A stretch of DNA of 63,637 bases, from positions 1 to 63,637 of the forward strand of contig JBBSGZ010000004.1 of assembly GCA_038253555.1 (NCBI GenBank), given 5' to 3'. Positions within the stretch are counted from its first letter, which is position 1, and the number at the start of each line of letters is the position of its first letter. A program made the position numbers and the translations under genes. The stretch is from Thermoanaerobaculia bacterium (GTDB lineage Bacteria; Acidobacteriota; Thermoanaerobaculia; UBA5066; Gp7-AA6). Below the pieces are notes generated by a model. That model worked only from the letters and a program-made list of their open reading frames with translations, was not told where the DNA came from and did not search any database. This document shows, one piece after another, positions 8,898 through 19,365 of the stretch.

Positions 8898-8962
8898 ATG
8901 TATATGAAACCTTATTTCATTCGGAGATTCAGCGGGTCCTTCGCCCCATCATAATCGCACGC

Positions 8963-9706
8963 GTGCGGCACCAGTCTTCGGACGCGTTCATCCTGGGGAC
9001 GTACCCGCTCCGCGAGCGGGACCGGATCGTGATTTTTTTGACCCGCGACTCGGGGAAGAAGCGGGGCGTTGCCCGCGGCTCTCGCGGGCCGAAGAGCGCG
9101 TTTTCGGGCGCCCTCGAGCCGATGACGGAGGCGCACGTCCTGTACTTCGAAAAGGAGGGGCGCGAGCTCGTGTCGCTCGATTCCGCAGACGTCATCCGAT
9201 CCTCTTTCCCTCTGTCGAAAGACCTCGACCGCGGGCTCCTTCTGTTTGCGTTCGCGGAGTCTCTCCAGACGTTCGTCTCCGACTCCGATCCCGCGGAGCC
9301 GTTTTACAGGCTCTCCCGGCACGTCATCGACGGCCTGTACGCGGGCGCTCCCGCCGATGCGGTGGCGGCGTACTTCGACGTCTGGATCCTGAAGCTCTCG
9401 GGACTCTTTCCGAGCCCGGCCGAGTGCGCCGTCTGCGGCGCGCCTCTAGCCGCCGAGGGGGTGCTCCTCTTCGACGAAACCCGGCCCGGATTCGTCCACG
9501 CCGAGTGCCGCCGGGGGGAGGCGCAGCGGCTGAGTCCGGCCGGCCGGCAGACTCTCCGCCGGATCCTGACTTCGCCGCTCGATCCTTCGGACCGGATGGC
9601 GGGCTTAAACGAGGTCTCTTCGGTCGCGCGGCGGGCGCGGCGCCACTTCCTCGGCCACGAGCTCAAATCGCAGCGGGTGCTGGCGGAGCTGCGTGAGGAC
9701 CGGTAG
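8963..9706 (+). CDS. recO: DNA repair protein RecO
   Basis: The ORF starts at GTG. The OB-fold N-terminus is [33 protein letters not shown] Cys-rich zinc module is present (CAVCGA...HAEC). Confidence 0.85.
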   Translation: MRHQSSDAFILGTYPLRERDRIVIFLTRDSGKKRGVARGSRGPKSAFSGALEPMTEAHVLYFEKEGRELVSLDSADVIRSSFPLSKDLDRGLLLFAFAESLQTFVSDSDPAEPFYRLSRHVIDGLYAGAPADAVAAYFDVWILKLSGLFPSPAECAVCGAPLAAEGVLLFDETRPGFVHAECRRGEAQRLSPAGRQTLRRILTSPLDPSDRMAGLNEVSSVARRARRHFLGHELKSQRVLAELREDR

Positions 9707-9731
9707 GTTCTCTCGCGGTAAACTCGGTTCA

Positions 9732-10622
9732 ATGCTCACGTTACAGAGGCTGATCGCCGAGCTGACGGCGTTCTGGGAGGGCGAGGGCTGTCTGATCGAG
9801 CAGCCGTACGACCTTCCGATGGGCGCGGGAACGATGCATCCGGCAACCTTCCTGAAAGTGCTCGGCCCGGACCCGTGGCGATGCGCTTACGTGCAGCCGT
9901 CGCGCCGGCCCGCCGACGGCCGGTATGGAGAGAACCCGTTCCGGCTCGGCAGGCACATGCAGCTCCAGGTCGTTTTGAAGCCTTCGCCCGAAGACGTTCA
10001 GGAGATGTACCTGCGAAGCCTGGAAAGGCTCGGTGTGGCGCTCGCGGACCACGACATCCGGTTCGAGGAGGACAACTGGGAGTCGCCGACGCTCGGCGCC
10101 TGGGGAGTCGGCTGGCAGGTTCTGATGGACGGGATGGAGATCACGCAGTTCACCTATTTTCAACAGGCGGGCGGGATCGACCTCGCGCCCATCACCGCGG
10201 AGATCACTTACGGGCTCGAACGCATCGCGATGTTTTTGAACAAGGTGAATTCTGTTTTCGACGTGCCGTGGAGCGCGGACACCACCTACGGACAGGTCCG
10301 GCGGGAGGACGAAGTCGAGCTCTCCAGGTACGGATTCGAGGTCGCGGATGCGGATCTCGCCGCTCTGCTGTTCGACCGCTACGAGGGGGAGGCGCGTCGG
10401 TGCCTCGCGGCCGGCCTGGTCCTCCCGGCGTATGAGGCCACCCTCGCCTGCTCGCATGAGTTCAATCTTCTAGACGCGCGCGGGGCCGTTTCCGCAACGG
10501 ACAGGGTCGGGCTGATCCGGCGCGTCCGGGATCTCGCGTGCGCCTGCGCCCGGGCCTGCGTGGCGCGCCGCGAGGGCCGCCTTGCCCCGGCGGCGGAGCC
10601 CGAGCCGGCCGCGGCGCGGTGA
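9732..10622 (+). CDS. glyQ: glycine--tRNA ligase alpha subunit
   Basis: The start is ATG 9732, residue 14 of the track ORF. Conserved blocks are [32 protein letters not shown] and [11 protein letters not shown]. Confidence 0.95.
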   Translation: MLTLQRLIAELTAFWEGEGCLIEQPYDLPMGAGTMHPATFLKVLGPDPWRCAYVQPSRRPADGRYGENPFRLGRHMQLQVVLKPSPEDVQEMYLRSLERLGVALADHDIRFEEDNWESPTLGAWGVGWQVLMDGMEITQFTYFQQAGGIDLAPITAEITYGLERIAMFLNKVNSVFDVPWSADTTYGQVRREDEVELSRYGFEVADADLAALLFDRYEGEARRCLAAGLVLPAYEATLACSHEFNLLDARGAVSATDRVGLIRRVRDLACACARACVARREGRLAPAAEPEPAAAR

Positions 10623-10708
10623 GAACGCGCCATCTTTCGACCGGCGAGAACACTGGAAGCGATGACGAAGCGAGGAAATGAGGCGCGGCGATTCGCCGGC
10701 GGCGCTTC

Positions 10709-12844
10709 ATGACCGAACCTGGACTCCCCGGGGACGCGGCCGTCTTCCGCGGGCCGGAGCAGCCGGGAACTCGCCACGACTTCCTCCTCGAAATCCGAAC
10801 GGAAGAGATCCCGGCGGCCGTCCTGGGCGCCGCGCGGCTCGACCTCCAGCGCCGCACGTCGGAGGCCCTGTCCGCCGAGGGGCTCGCGGCCGTGGAGGAG
10901 CGCTCGTTTGCGACGCCCCGGAGACTCATCCTCTGGCTACGCGGCCTTCCGGACCGGCAGGAGGACCGCGCGTCCGAGGTCTTCGGGCCTCCCGCATCCG
11001 CCGCCTTCGGCGCCGACGGAAAGCCCACGCGCGCGGCCGAGGGATTCGCGAAGGCGCAGAAGGTGGATGTCTCGGCGCTCGTCGTGGTCGAGTCGCCACG
11101 AGGTCCGACGGTCGCGGCGCGCCGGACCATCCCCGGCCGCTCCTGCGCGGACGTTCTCGCGGAGATCGTGCCGCGCGTCGTTTCCGCGCTCTCCTTTCCG
11201 AAGACGATGCGGTGGGCGCAGGGAGAGAGCGTTTTCGTCCGGCCGGTCCGGGGAGTCGTTGCGCTTTACGGGGGAACCGTCGTCCCTCTGGAGCTCTTCG
11301 GCGTGCCTTCGAGCAACACGACCCGGGGACATCGGATCCTCTCGGACCGGCCGATCACGGTTTCGAGCGCCGAGGACTACTTCGAGCAGCTGCGCGCGGC
11401 CCGCGTCGAGCCGGACGGCGAGGCGCGGCGCCTCACGATTCTGGAATCGGCGCGGGAAATGGCGGGCGGAGTCGGCGGAACCATCGAGCCCGACGCGGAC
11501 CTCGTCGCGACCCTCGCCGATCTGGTCGAGTTTCCCGGGACGGTGCGGGGCTCGTTCTCGCCGGAGTTCCTGGAGATCCCCGAGGAGATCACCACGACCG
11601 CAATGCGGACCCATCAGAAATACCTCCCGGTCCGCGGCCCGGGCGGCCTGCTCCCGCACTTCGTCGCGGTGATGGACAACGCAGAGGACAGGCGCGGATT
11701 CATCGCGAAGGGAAACGAGTGGGTGCTGAATGCCCGCCTGGCGGATGCGCGTTTTTTTTACGAGTCGGACGTGCGGCAGCCGCTCGAGTCGCGCCTGCAC
11801 GATCTTTCGCGGCTCACGTTCCAGGACCGGCTGGGCGACTATCGCCAGAAAACGGGGCGCCTCCAGGACCTCTCGGAGACGATCGCCCACGTGGTCGCTC
11901 GACCCGATCTGGTGGATGCCGTCCTGACCGCGGCCCGGCTCTCGAAAGTCGACCTCACGACCCTCATGGTCAGGGAATTCACGGAGCTTCAGGGGATCGT
12001 CGGCGGAATCTACGCGCGACGCGAGGGGCAGCCGGACTCGGTCTGGAAGGCGATCTACGACCAGTACCGTCCCGCATCCGCGACGGACGACCCGCCCCGG
12101 GAAGCCGCCGGCGCGATCCTGTCTCTGGCGGACCGCTTCGACACGCTCGCCGGACTCTTCACGATCGGGCTGATCCCGACGGGCTCGCGCGATCCTTACG
12201 GGCTGCGTCGAGCGGCCTTCGGGATCGTATCGATCGCGGCCGCCAGGCGCTGGCGGATCGACTGGCGACCGGTCGCCCGAAAGGCGTTGTCTCTTCATTC
12301 GACCTCCGTGCCGGCGGATCCCGAGACCGTGCTTCTCGAGCTCGAAGCGTTTTTCGCCGAGCGCCTCCGGAGCCTCCTCGAGAGACGGGGACACACGTAC
12401 GACGAGATTTCGGCGGTGCTCAAAACGGAGGTCTGGGACTTTGCCGACGTCGCCGACCGCGCGCAGGCGCTCGCCCAGGCCCGCCGCGAGATGGACTTCC
12501 GATCGCTCGTTCTGGCCTTCAAACGCATCCGTAACATCGCCGGCGCGGAGGAGGTCCCGGGCGCGCCGAGCGCAGAGCTGTATCGCGAGCCCGCCGAGCG
12601 GCAGCTTGCGGCCGACTTTTTGCAGGCGCGCCAGTCGATCGAAGAGCTTGCGGGGTCGCGCCGGTACAGAGAAGCGATGGGGATGATCGCGTCGATCGCC
12701 CCTTCGCTCGACCGCTTTTTCGTGGAGGTTCTCGTGAACACGCCGGAAGAAGATCTGCGCCAAAATCGGCTGGCGTTGCTCGCTTCCATCCAGAGAGAGT
12801 TTTCGAAGCTGGCGGATTTTTCCGAGATCGTCGTGGAAAAGTGA
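10709..12844 (+). CDS. glyS: glycine--tRNA ligase beta subunit
   Basis: The ORF is 711 aa and directly follows glyQ. It contains FLLEIRTEEIP, the HQKYLPV block, and a C-terminal anticodon-binding region. Confidence 0.95.
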   Translation: MTEPGLPGDAAVFRGPEQPGTRHDFLLEIRTEEIPAAVLGAARLDLQRRTSEALSAEGLAAVEERSFATPRRLILWLRGLPDRQEDRASEVFGPPASAAFGADGKPTRAAEGFAKAQKVDVSALVVVESPRGPTVAARRTIPGRSCADVLAEIVPRVVSALSFPKTMRWAQGESVFVRPVRGVVALYGGTVVPLELFGVPSSNTTRGHRILSDRPITVSSAEDYFEQLRAARVEPDGEARRLTILESAREMAGGVGGTIEPDADLVATLADLVEFPGTVRGSFSPEFLEIPEEITTTAMRTHQKYLPVRGPGGLLPHFVAVMDNAEDRRGFIAKGNEWVLNARLADARFFYESDVRQPLESRLHDLSRLTFQDRLGDYRQKTGRLQDLSETIAHVVARPDLVDAVLTAARLSKVDLTTLMVREFTELQGIVGGIYARREGQPDSVWKAIYDQYRPASATDDPPREAAGAILSLADRFDTLAGLFTIGLIPTGSRDPYGLRRAAFGIVSIAAARRWRIDWRPVARKALSLHSTSVPADPETVLLELEAFFAERLRSLLERRGHTYDEISAVLKTEVWDFADVADRAQALAQARREMDFRSLVLAFKRIRNIAGAEEVPGAPSAELYREPAERQLAADFLQARQSIEELAGSRRYREAMGMIASIAPSLDRFFVEVLVNTPEEDLRQNRLALLASIQREFSKLADFSEIVVEK

Positions 12845-12854
12845 GGGGCAGCCG

Positions 12855-15560
12855 ATGAAGCGTGTTTTTTTCTTCGGCGAAGGCGAGGCGGAGGGCGCCG
12901 GGCTCGGCAAGGAAACCCTCGGCGGGAAGGGATCCGGGCTGGCCGAGATGACGGCGCTCGGCATTCCGGTGCCCCCCGGTTTCACGATCGAGACGGGCGT
13001 GTGCGTCGACTTTTCGCACGGGGCGAGCCTGGAAGGTGTGCACCCGGAAGTCGAATCGGCTCTGGCGCGCCTCGAGCACGTCACGGGGAAGCGGTTCGGC
13101 GATCCCGCAGATCCCCTTCTCGTGTCCGTGCGTTCCGGCGCGCGTTCCTCGATGCCCGGGATGATGGACACGATCCTGAATCTCGGCCTCACGAGCCGCG
13201 CCTTAAAGGGCCTCGCAGGGGTCTCCGGCCAGAGATTCGCTCTCGACTGCCGGCGCCGGTTTCTGGAGATGTACGGAGACGTCGTCCTGCGGGTCCCGCG
13301 CCACGAGTTCGACAAGACGCTCGCCGACAAGAAGCGCGAGGTGAACGCCGCCGCGGACGTGGACCTCTCGGCCGACGACCTGGCGGACGTGGTCGGGAGA
13401 CACGAAAGGCTCATCCGGGAGAAGACCGGAAAAGACTTCCCGGAGGACCCTCGGGAACAACTCTGGGGCGCCATCGCGGCGGTCTTTCGCTCCTGGGACA
13501 ACGAACGTGCGAAGACCTACCGCAAGCTCCATCACATTCCCGACGACTGGGGCACCGCGGTCAACGTGCAGTCGATGGTGTTCGGCAACCGCGGCGAGAC
13601 GTCCGCCACCGGCGTTGCCTTTACGCGGGACCCGTCGACGGGAGAGCGCCGGTTTTACGGCGAATTCCTCCCCAACGCGCAGGGCGAGGACGTGGTCGCG
13701 GGCATCCGGACGCCCCGCCCTCTGTCTCAGGACGGGTCCGGACTCTCCCTCGAGGAGACGATGCCCGAGGCGTACGCCGAGTTGCTGCGGCTTCGGGACG
13801 TCCTCGAAACGCGTTACCGGGACATGCAGGACCTCGAATTCACCATCGAAGACAGCCGCCTCTACCTTCTGCAGACCCGCAACGGAAAGCGGACGGGGTT
13901 TGCCGCCGTGCGGATCGCGACCGAGATGGTGGACGAGGGACTGATTTCGGAGGACGAAGCGATCGCCCGCGTCGAGTCCGAGCAGCTCGTTCAGCTTCTC
14001 GCGCCCGTCTTCACGGGAAAAGAAAAGGAAGCGGCGGTGAAGTCGGGCCGGTACTTCGGCAAGGGCCTTCCGGCGGGACCCGGCGCCGCCTGCGGGCAGA
14101 TCGCCTTCACGGCCGACCGCGCCGTGGCGATGGCGGGAGAGGGAGCGCCGGTCATCCTGGTCCGCGAGGAGACGTCGCCCGAGGACATCGCGGGCATGCA
14201 CGCCTCCGTCGGAATCCTGACGACGCGCGGCGGAATGACGTCGCATGCGGCGGTCGTGGCGCGCGGAATGGGGAAGACCTGCGTCGTCGGCGCGGGGGAG
14301 CTCACCGTTGACTCCGGTCACGGCCACATTCGCGCCCGAGGGCTCTCCGCGGGAGAGGGCGATTGGATCTCGGTCGATGGATCGACGGGAGAAGTTCTTC
14401 TCGGCAAGATTTCGACCCAGCCCTCCGAAGTGCTGCAGGTCGTCCTCGAAGGGTCGATTCCGATGGAGAAATCGCCCGTGGCCATGGCGTTCACCCGCTT
14501 GCTCGCGTGGGCCGATGCACGGAGGCGGCTCGGAGTCCGCGCCAACGCGGACACGCCCGAGGACGCACGCGTCGCTCGGCTCTTCGGGGCCGAGGGCATC
14601 GGACTCTGCCGCACGGAGCACATGTTTTTCGAGGAAAGGCGGATCCTCGCGGTGCGCGAGATGATCCTCGCCGACACCTCCGAAGGACGGCGGGAGGCCC
14701 TCGCCAAAATTCTTCCGATGCAGCGCGAAGACTTCCTCGGCATATTCCGGGAGATGGCCGGAAGGCCGGTCACGATCCGTCTGCTCGACCCGCCTCTCCA
14801 TGAATTCCTGCCAAAGGAGGAGGACGCCGTGCGCAAGACGGCGGAGGACCTCGGGGTCTCCCCGGACGCGGTTCGCGAGCGGGTTCATGCACTGGCTGAG
14901 GTGAACCCGATGCTCGGCCATCGCGGGTGCCGCCTCGGGATCACCCACCCGGAAATCTATGAGACGCAGGTCTGCGCGATTTTCGAGGCGGCCGCGCAGG
15001 CGTTAGCCGAGGGCGTTCACCCGAATCCGGAAATCATGATTCCGCTCGTCGGCGCGAGAGGGGAGTTCGACCGCCTGAAGAAGCTGGTCGACGAAACGGC
15101 GAAGAGGATCGCCGGAAACCGCGTCAACTATCGCGTCGGGACGATGATCGAGGTCCCCCGCGCGGCCCTTCGGGCGGGCCGCATCGCGTTGAACTGCGAC
15201 TTCTTCTCGTTCGGCACGAACGACCTCACTCAGCTGACCTACGGCTACTCGCGCGACGACGCCGGGTCGTTTCTTCCGATCTACATCGCCGAGGGAATCC
15301 TCCCCGAGGACCCGTTCTCGAGCCTCGATCAATACGGCGTCGGAGAGCTCGTGTCGCTTGCGACGCGCCGGGGACGCGAGGCGAAACCGGGCCTCAAGAT
15401 CGGCATCTGCGGAGAGCATGGAGGAGACCCGAGGTCGATCGAGTTCTTCCACACGGTGGGTCTCGACTACGTCTCCTGCTCCCCGTTCCGCGTCCCGGTC
15501 GCGCGGCTGGCGGCGGCCCGCGCGGCCCTGAGCGGCGGAACGGCTTCCGCGACAGCGTAA
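12855..15560 (+). CDS. ppdK: pyruvate, phosphate dikinase
   Basis: The ORF is 901 aa. It has the phosphohistidine motif GGMTSHAAVVARGMGK and the PEP-utiliser TIM-barrel motifs FFSFGTNDLTQ and CGEHGGDP. Confidence 0.95.
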   Translation: MKRVFFFGEGEAEGAGLGKETLGGKGSGLAEMTALGIPVPPGFTIETGVCVDFSHGASLEGVHPEVESALARLEHVTGKRFGDPADPLLVSVRSGARSSMPGMMDTILNLGLTSRALKGLAGVSGQRFALDCRRRFLEMYGDVVLRVPRHEFDKTLADKKREVNAAADVDLSADDLADVVGRHERLIREKTGKDFPEDPREQLWGAIAAVFRSWDNERAKTYRKLHHIPDDWGTAVNVQSMVFGNRGETSATGVAFTRDPSTGERRFYGEFLPNAQGEDVVAGIRTPRPLSQDGSGLSLEETMPEAYAELLRLRDVLETRYRDMQDLEFTIEDSRLYLLQTRNGKRTGFAAVRIATEMVDEGLISEDEAIARVESEQLVQLLAPVFTGKEKEAAVKSGRYFGKGLPAGPGAACGQIAFTADRAVAMAGEGAPVILVREETSPEDIAGMHASVGILTTRGGMTSHAAVVARGMGKTCVVGAGELTVDSGHGHIRARGLSAGEGDWISVDGSTGEVLLGKISTQPSEVLQVVLEGSIPMEKSPVAMAFTRLLAWADARRRLGVRANADTPEDARVARLFGAEGIGLCRTEHMFFEERRILAVREMILADTSEGRREALAKILPMQREDFLGIFREMAGRPVTIRLLDPPLHEFLPKEEDAVRKTAEDLGVSPDAVRERVHALAEVNPMLGHRGCRLGITHPEIYETQVCAIFEAAAQALAEGVHPNPEIMIPLVGARGEFDRLKKLVDETAKRIAGNRVNYRVGTMIEVPRAALRAGRIALNCDFFSFGTNDLTQLTYGYSRDDAGSFLPIYIAEGILPEDPFSSLDQYGVGELVSLATRRGREAKPGLKIGICGEHGGDPRSIEFFHTVGLDYVSCSPFRVPVARLAAARAALSGGTASATA

Positions 15561-15707
15561 ACGTCGCCTTTCACCGATGGTCACTCGTTCCGGTCCACAC
15601 CCCTTTTCCCGGAGCCCGACAGTCGTAAATAGCAACGTCTGCCGGGGCCTCCTCATCCAGCGCTCTCCCCGCGGGGATTGACCAGGACGTTGGCGCGTGC
15701 GCAAGGC

Positions 15708-15797
15708 TACCTGCGGGTCGCCTCACCCCAACCCTCTGCCCGAGTGCGGGCGAGGGGGCCGAGCTGCGCCATAACCAAGGAGGGTGGCTAAGCTCGC
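15708..15797. repeat. dispersed ~90-nt REP-like element, copy 2
   Basis: It has the same flanking blocks as copy 1 (4902..4991), with the internal hairpin CCCTCTGCCCG-AGTG-CGGGCGAGGGG. It overlaps the upstream-most start (GTG 15784) of the next track ORF. Confidence 0.7.
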
Positions 15798-15822
15798 CGC
15801 GAAGGCGACGGATAATCCGGGG

Positions 15823-17478
15823 ATGAACTCTGGTATCTGGAGCGTTCTGATCACCGCCGTGGCATTGGCTGCGTCGTCTCCCGCCGACCTCATCCTGGTT
15901 CACGCGAAGATCTGGACGGGGGACCGCGCGCGGCCCGAAGCTTCGGCGCTCGCGGCGCGCGCGGGCCGCATCATCGCGGTCGGAACGGATGCGGAGATCG
16001 AGAAGCTGCGGGGGCCCTCCACCGAGGTCGTGGACGGCGGCGGCCGCCGCGTCGTCCCGGGCTTCATCGACTCCCACACGCACATGGCGATGGGCGGCTT
16101 CAATCTCCTCGCGCTCGACCTCCGGCATACGAAGGACCCGGAGGAATTTACGCGCCTGCTCGGCGAATTCGCGAAGACGCGCCCCGCAGGCGTCTGGTTG
16201 ACGGACGGCGCGTGGGACCACGAGCAGTGGACGCCGCCGCGCCTCCCGACCCGCGAAATGCTGGACCCGGCGACCGGAGACCACCCGACCTGCCTGTCGC
16301 GGCAGGACGGACACATGTCGGTCTGCAACAGCCTCGCGCTGAAGCTCGCTAAAATCACGCGCGACACGCCCGACCCACCGGGCGGGGTCATCGTGCGGGA
16401 CGGCCGCGGCGAGCCGACCGGAGTTCTGAAAGATGCGGCGATGGACGCCGTGAGCGAGGTCCGGCCTCCGCGCACCGCGGCGGAGCTGCTGGAGAGCTTC
16501 CGAACGGCGATGCGCCACGCGGCCTCCGTCGGCGTGACCTCCGTTCAGGACCTCCCGGGAGAGACGGGCGACCTCGTCGCGTGGGAGACGCTCCGCCGCA
16601 ACGGGGAGTTGACCGTTCGCGTGCATTACCGGCTACCGCTCTCCCGGTGGGAAAAGGCGGTCGAGCGGCGCGCGGCTATGAAGAACGACGAATGGCTGCG
16701 ACTCGGCGGCGTCAAGGGATACGCCGACGGCTCGCTCGGATCCTCGACGGCGCTGTTCGACGCGCCCTATGCGGACGATCCGAAGAACTCCGGTGTCTTC
16801 GCCTCGGAAGCGATTCCTCTCTCGCGTCTCGAGGAGCGCGTGGGCGCCGCGGACCGGGCGGGCCTCCAGGTCGTGATCCATGCGATCGGCGATCGCGCGA
16901 ACCGGGAGATCCTGGACGTCTACGAACGCGTCGCCCGGGCAAACGGTCCCCGCGACCGGCGCTTCCGCATCGAGCACGCGCAGCATCTGCGCCCGGCGGA
17001 CATACCGCGCTTCGCTCGCCTGAACGTGATCGCCTCCATGGAGCCGTACCATGCGATCGACGACGGGCGCTGGGCGGAAAAGCGCATCGGGGGGGAACGC
17101 TGCCGCACGACGTACGCCTTCCGGTCCCTGCTCGACGCGGGCGCGCGCCTCGCTTTCGGGTCCGACTGGGACGTGGCGCCGCTTTCGCCGATCGCCGGAA
17201 TCGACGCCGCGGTGACCCGCCGTACGATCGACGGCCGCAATCCCCGCGGCTGGTTCCCCGAGCAGAGGATCGGAGTATCGGAAGCCCTGACCGCCTATAC
17301 GAGCGGCGCCGCGTGGGCGGCGTTCGAGGAGGGCGAGAAGGGGACGCTCACCCGGGGCAAGCTCGCGGATTTCGTCGTTCTCTCGAAAGACATCCTGAGC
17401 GGACCGGCCGAGCAGATTGTGAATGCGAGAGTCGAGAAGACGGTCGTGGGCGGGAAGATCGTGTACCGGGCGAAGTAG
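15823..17478 (+). CDS. amidohydrolase family protein (YtcJ-like, Amidohydro_3)
   Basis: Starting at ATG 15823 gives a signal-like N-terminus (MNSGIWSVLITAVALAA). Metal-ligand motifs are present (FIDSHTHM, HAIGDRAN, FGSDW). Confidence 0.85.
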   Translation: MNSGIWSVLITAVALAASSPADLILVHAKIWTGDRARPEASALAARAGRIIAVGTDAEIEKLRGPSTEVVDGGGRRVVPGFIDSHTHMAMGGFNLLALDLRHTKDPEEFTRLLGEFAKTRPAGVWLTDGAWDHEQWTPPRLPTREMLDPATGDHPTCLSRQDGHMSVCNSLALKLAKITRDTPDPPGGVIVRDGRGEPTGVLKDAAMDAVSEVRPPRTAAELLESFRTAMRHAASVGVTSVQDLPGETGDLVAWETLRRNGELTVRVHYRLPLSRWEKAVERRAAMKNDEWLRLGGVKGYADGSLGSSTALFDAPYADDPKNSGVFASEAIPLSRLEERVGAADRAGLQVVIHAIGDRANREILDVYERVARANGPRDRRFRIEHAQHLRPADIPRFARLNVIASMEPYHAIDDGRWAEKRIGGERCRTTYAFRSLLDAGARLAFGSDWDVAPLSPIAGIDAAVTRRTIDGRNPRGWFPEQRIGVSEALTAYTSGAAWAAFEEGEKGTLTRGKLADFVVLSKDILSGPAEQIVNARVEKTVVGGKIVYRAK

Positions 17479-17540
17479 CCGGCGGCCTCTGCCCCGTTCC
17501 ACGTGCGGTGCGACGCCGCCCCGCGGATAGACTTCCCGCC

Positions 17541-19277
17541 GTGCCGAGAATCCATCGTCTGTCGAGCGGCGTGATCGACCGCATCGCGGCCGGCGAGGTC
17601 GTGGAGCGTCCCGCCTCGGTCGTGAAGGAGCTCGTCGAGAACGCCCTCGACGCGGCGGCTTCCCTCATCCAGGTCGAGGTGGACGGCGGCGGCGTCCGGC
17701 GGATCCTCGTGCGCGACGACGGGATCGGGATGTCCCGCGAGGACGCCCGCCTGGCCGTCGAGCGCCACGCGACCTCGAAGATCTCCTCCGACGAAGACCT
17801 CGTCTCCGTCGCGAGCTACGGATTCCGCGGCGAGGCCCTGCCCTCGATCGCCTCCGTCGCCTCTTTGACCCTCACGACCGCAGACGGTTCTTCCCCCGAG
17901 GCGGTCCGGCTTCGGGTGCGGTACGGGGCCGACGCGGAGATGGAGGTCGCGGCGCATCCCCGCGGAACGGACGTCCTGGTCGAAGACCTGTTTGCCAGAA
18001 CTCCGGCTCGGCGGAAGTTCCTCGCCTCGCCCGAAGCGGAAGGACGAGCCGCCGCCGTGGCCGTGACGCGCGCCGCTCTGGCAAATGCGCCCGTCGCCTT
18101 CTCACTGCACTCGAATGGCCGCGAGCTCCTGGACGCGCCGGCGGCAGTCGACCGGGCCGCCCGCATTCTGCAGGTCTTCGGACGGGAGACGCTCGGCGAA
18201 CTCGAGCCCTTCGAGGCGCGCTCCGGCCCGCTCCGCGCGTCCGGTTTTGTCACCCGCGGATCCGTCACCTTCGGGACGCGGAGATTTCAATACCTCTTCG
18301 CGAATGGAAGGCCGATCGAGGATCGCGCCCTCGCCCGCGCGATCGGACAGGCCGCGCGGGATGCGATCCGCACGGACCGCTTTCCGGCCGTCTTCCTCTA
18401 TCTGACGGCGGAAGCGGGCGCGATCGACGTCAACGTGTCCCCCGCCAAGACGACGGTGCGGTTCGCGGATCCGGGGACCGCCTACCGGCTCGTGTACCAC
18501 GCGGTCCAGTCCGCGCTCCTCGCGGGCAAAGAAGAGCGGCGTCTGAAGTCCGTCTCCCCGGAGCCGTCGGTGTCGGAGCCGTTCGTCTCGGAGCCGACGG
18601 CGGCGTACGGCGGCCGGGAAGCTCCCGAAGTCTTCATCGGACCGGCGCCGGTGCCCCCCCCGGCGGCCGCGGCGCCGCCTCCCTCGATGGCGGACAGACG
18701 TCCCCCCGAACTCACCGCCATCGGGCAGCATCGCGAGTCTTACATCCTGGCGACCGGAAGCGATGGCCTGCTGATCATCGACCAGCACGCGGCCCACGAG
18801 AGAGTTCTCTACGAACGGATCCGCGAGCGGATCGCTTCCGGGCGCGTGCTCTCGCAAAAGCTTCTCGTTCCCGCGCTCTTCGAAGCGGCGCCCGAAGAGG
18901 CGGAGACTCTCGCCAGCCGGCTGGCCGACCTCGCCTCCGCCGGGTTCGAGATCGAGCCGATGTCCGGCCGCTCCTACGGCATCGGCGCGATCCCGGCGGA
19001 GGCCCGCGCCAGAACCGCGCCGGAGCTCCTTCACGAGGCGCTCGCGCGGCTTGCCGAAAGCGGCTCGGCGGACGAAACGGAGAGACGCGACCGGATGGCG
19101 GCGGGAATCGCCTGCCACTCGGCAGTGACGATCCGCTACCACCTCGCGACGGAGGAGATCCGGCGGCTCCTTTCCGACTGGCTGCGATGCACGGACCGGT
19201 TCACCTGCCCGCACGGCCGTCCGGTGGTGCTCTCGCTGTCGGAGGAAGAGATGGAGAAATACTTCAAGAGGCGGTAG
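17541..19277 (+). CDS. mutL: DNA mismatch repair protein MutL
   Basis: The start is an in-frame GTG at 17541 in track ORF 16581..19277. The GHKL motifs are IAAGEVVERPASVVKELVENALDA and DDGIGM. The C-terminal motif is CPHGRP. Confidence 0.95.
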   Translation: MPRIHRLSSGVIDRIAAGEVVERPASVVKELVENALDAAASLIQVEVDGGGVRRILVRDDGIGMSREDARLAVERHATSKISSDEDLVSVASYGFRGEALPSIASVASLTLTTADGSSPEAVRLRVRYGADAEMEVAAHPRGTDVLVEDLFARTPARRKFLASPEAEGRAAAVAVTRAALANAPVAFSLHSNGRELLDAPAAVDRAARILQVFGRETLGELEPFEARSGPLRASGFVTRGSVTFGTRRFQYLFANGRPIEDRALARAIGQAARDAIRTDRFPAVFLYLTAEAGAIDVNVSPAKTTVRFADPGTAYRLVYHAVQSALLAGKEERRLKSVSPEPSVSEPFVSEPTAAYGGREAPEVFIGPAPVPPPAAAAPPPSMADRRPPELTAIGQHRESYILATGSDGLLIIDQHAAHERVLYERIRERIASGRVLSQKLLVPALFEAAPEEAETLASRLADLASAGFEIEPMSGRSYGIGAIPAEARARTAPELLHEALARLAESGSADETERRDRMAAGIACHSAVTIRYHLATEEIRRLLSDWLRCTDRFTCPHGRPVVLSLSEEEMEKYFKRR

Positions 19278-19365
19278 GCAACGTCGTGCCGGGCATCCCC
19301 GGCGCGCCTTTCAGCGGCGCCGGAGAAGAGCCCGTCGCGGTCACCGTTATGAAGGAGAGGTCCGT

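Noticed and set aside
10937-13501. An 854-aa ORF antisense to glyS/ppdK, plus many other long alternate-frame ORFs (for example 427..1191, 7182..8891, 22110..23060, 47067..48320 and 52104..53852).
   Set aside because: Their translations are dominated by R/P/G/A with no motifs, and they fully overlap well-supported genes. This is the expected stop-codon-poor artefact of a ~70% GC genome.
15666-15677. A perfect 12-nt palindrome, TCCCCGCGGGGA, downstream of ppdK.
   Set aside because: It is too short and has no loop, so I cannot call it a terminator or operator. Such GC palindromes are expected by chance at this base composition.
16581-17540. Long N-terminal extensions of track ORFs. Examples are MutL from 16581, PckA from 39079, the sortase from 39675, the radical SAM gene from 7465, and DUF547 from 33168.
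   Set aside because: The extensions overlap the preceding real genes and are Arg/Pro-rich. Internal starts with Shine-Dalgarno sequences or stop/start overlaps give proteins of the expected length.
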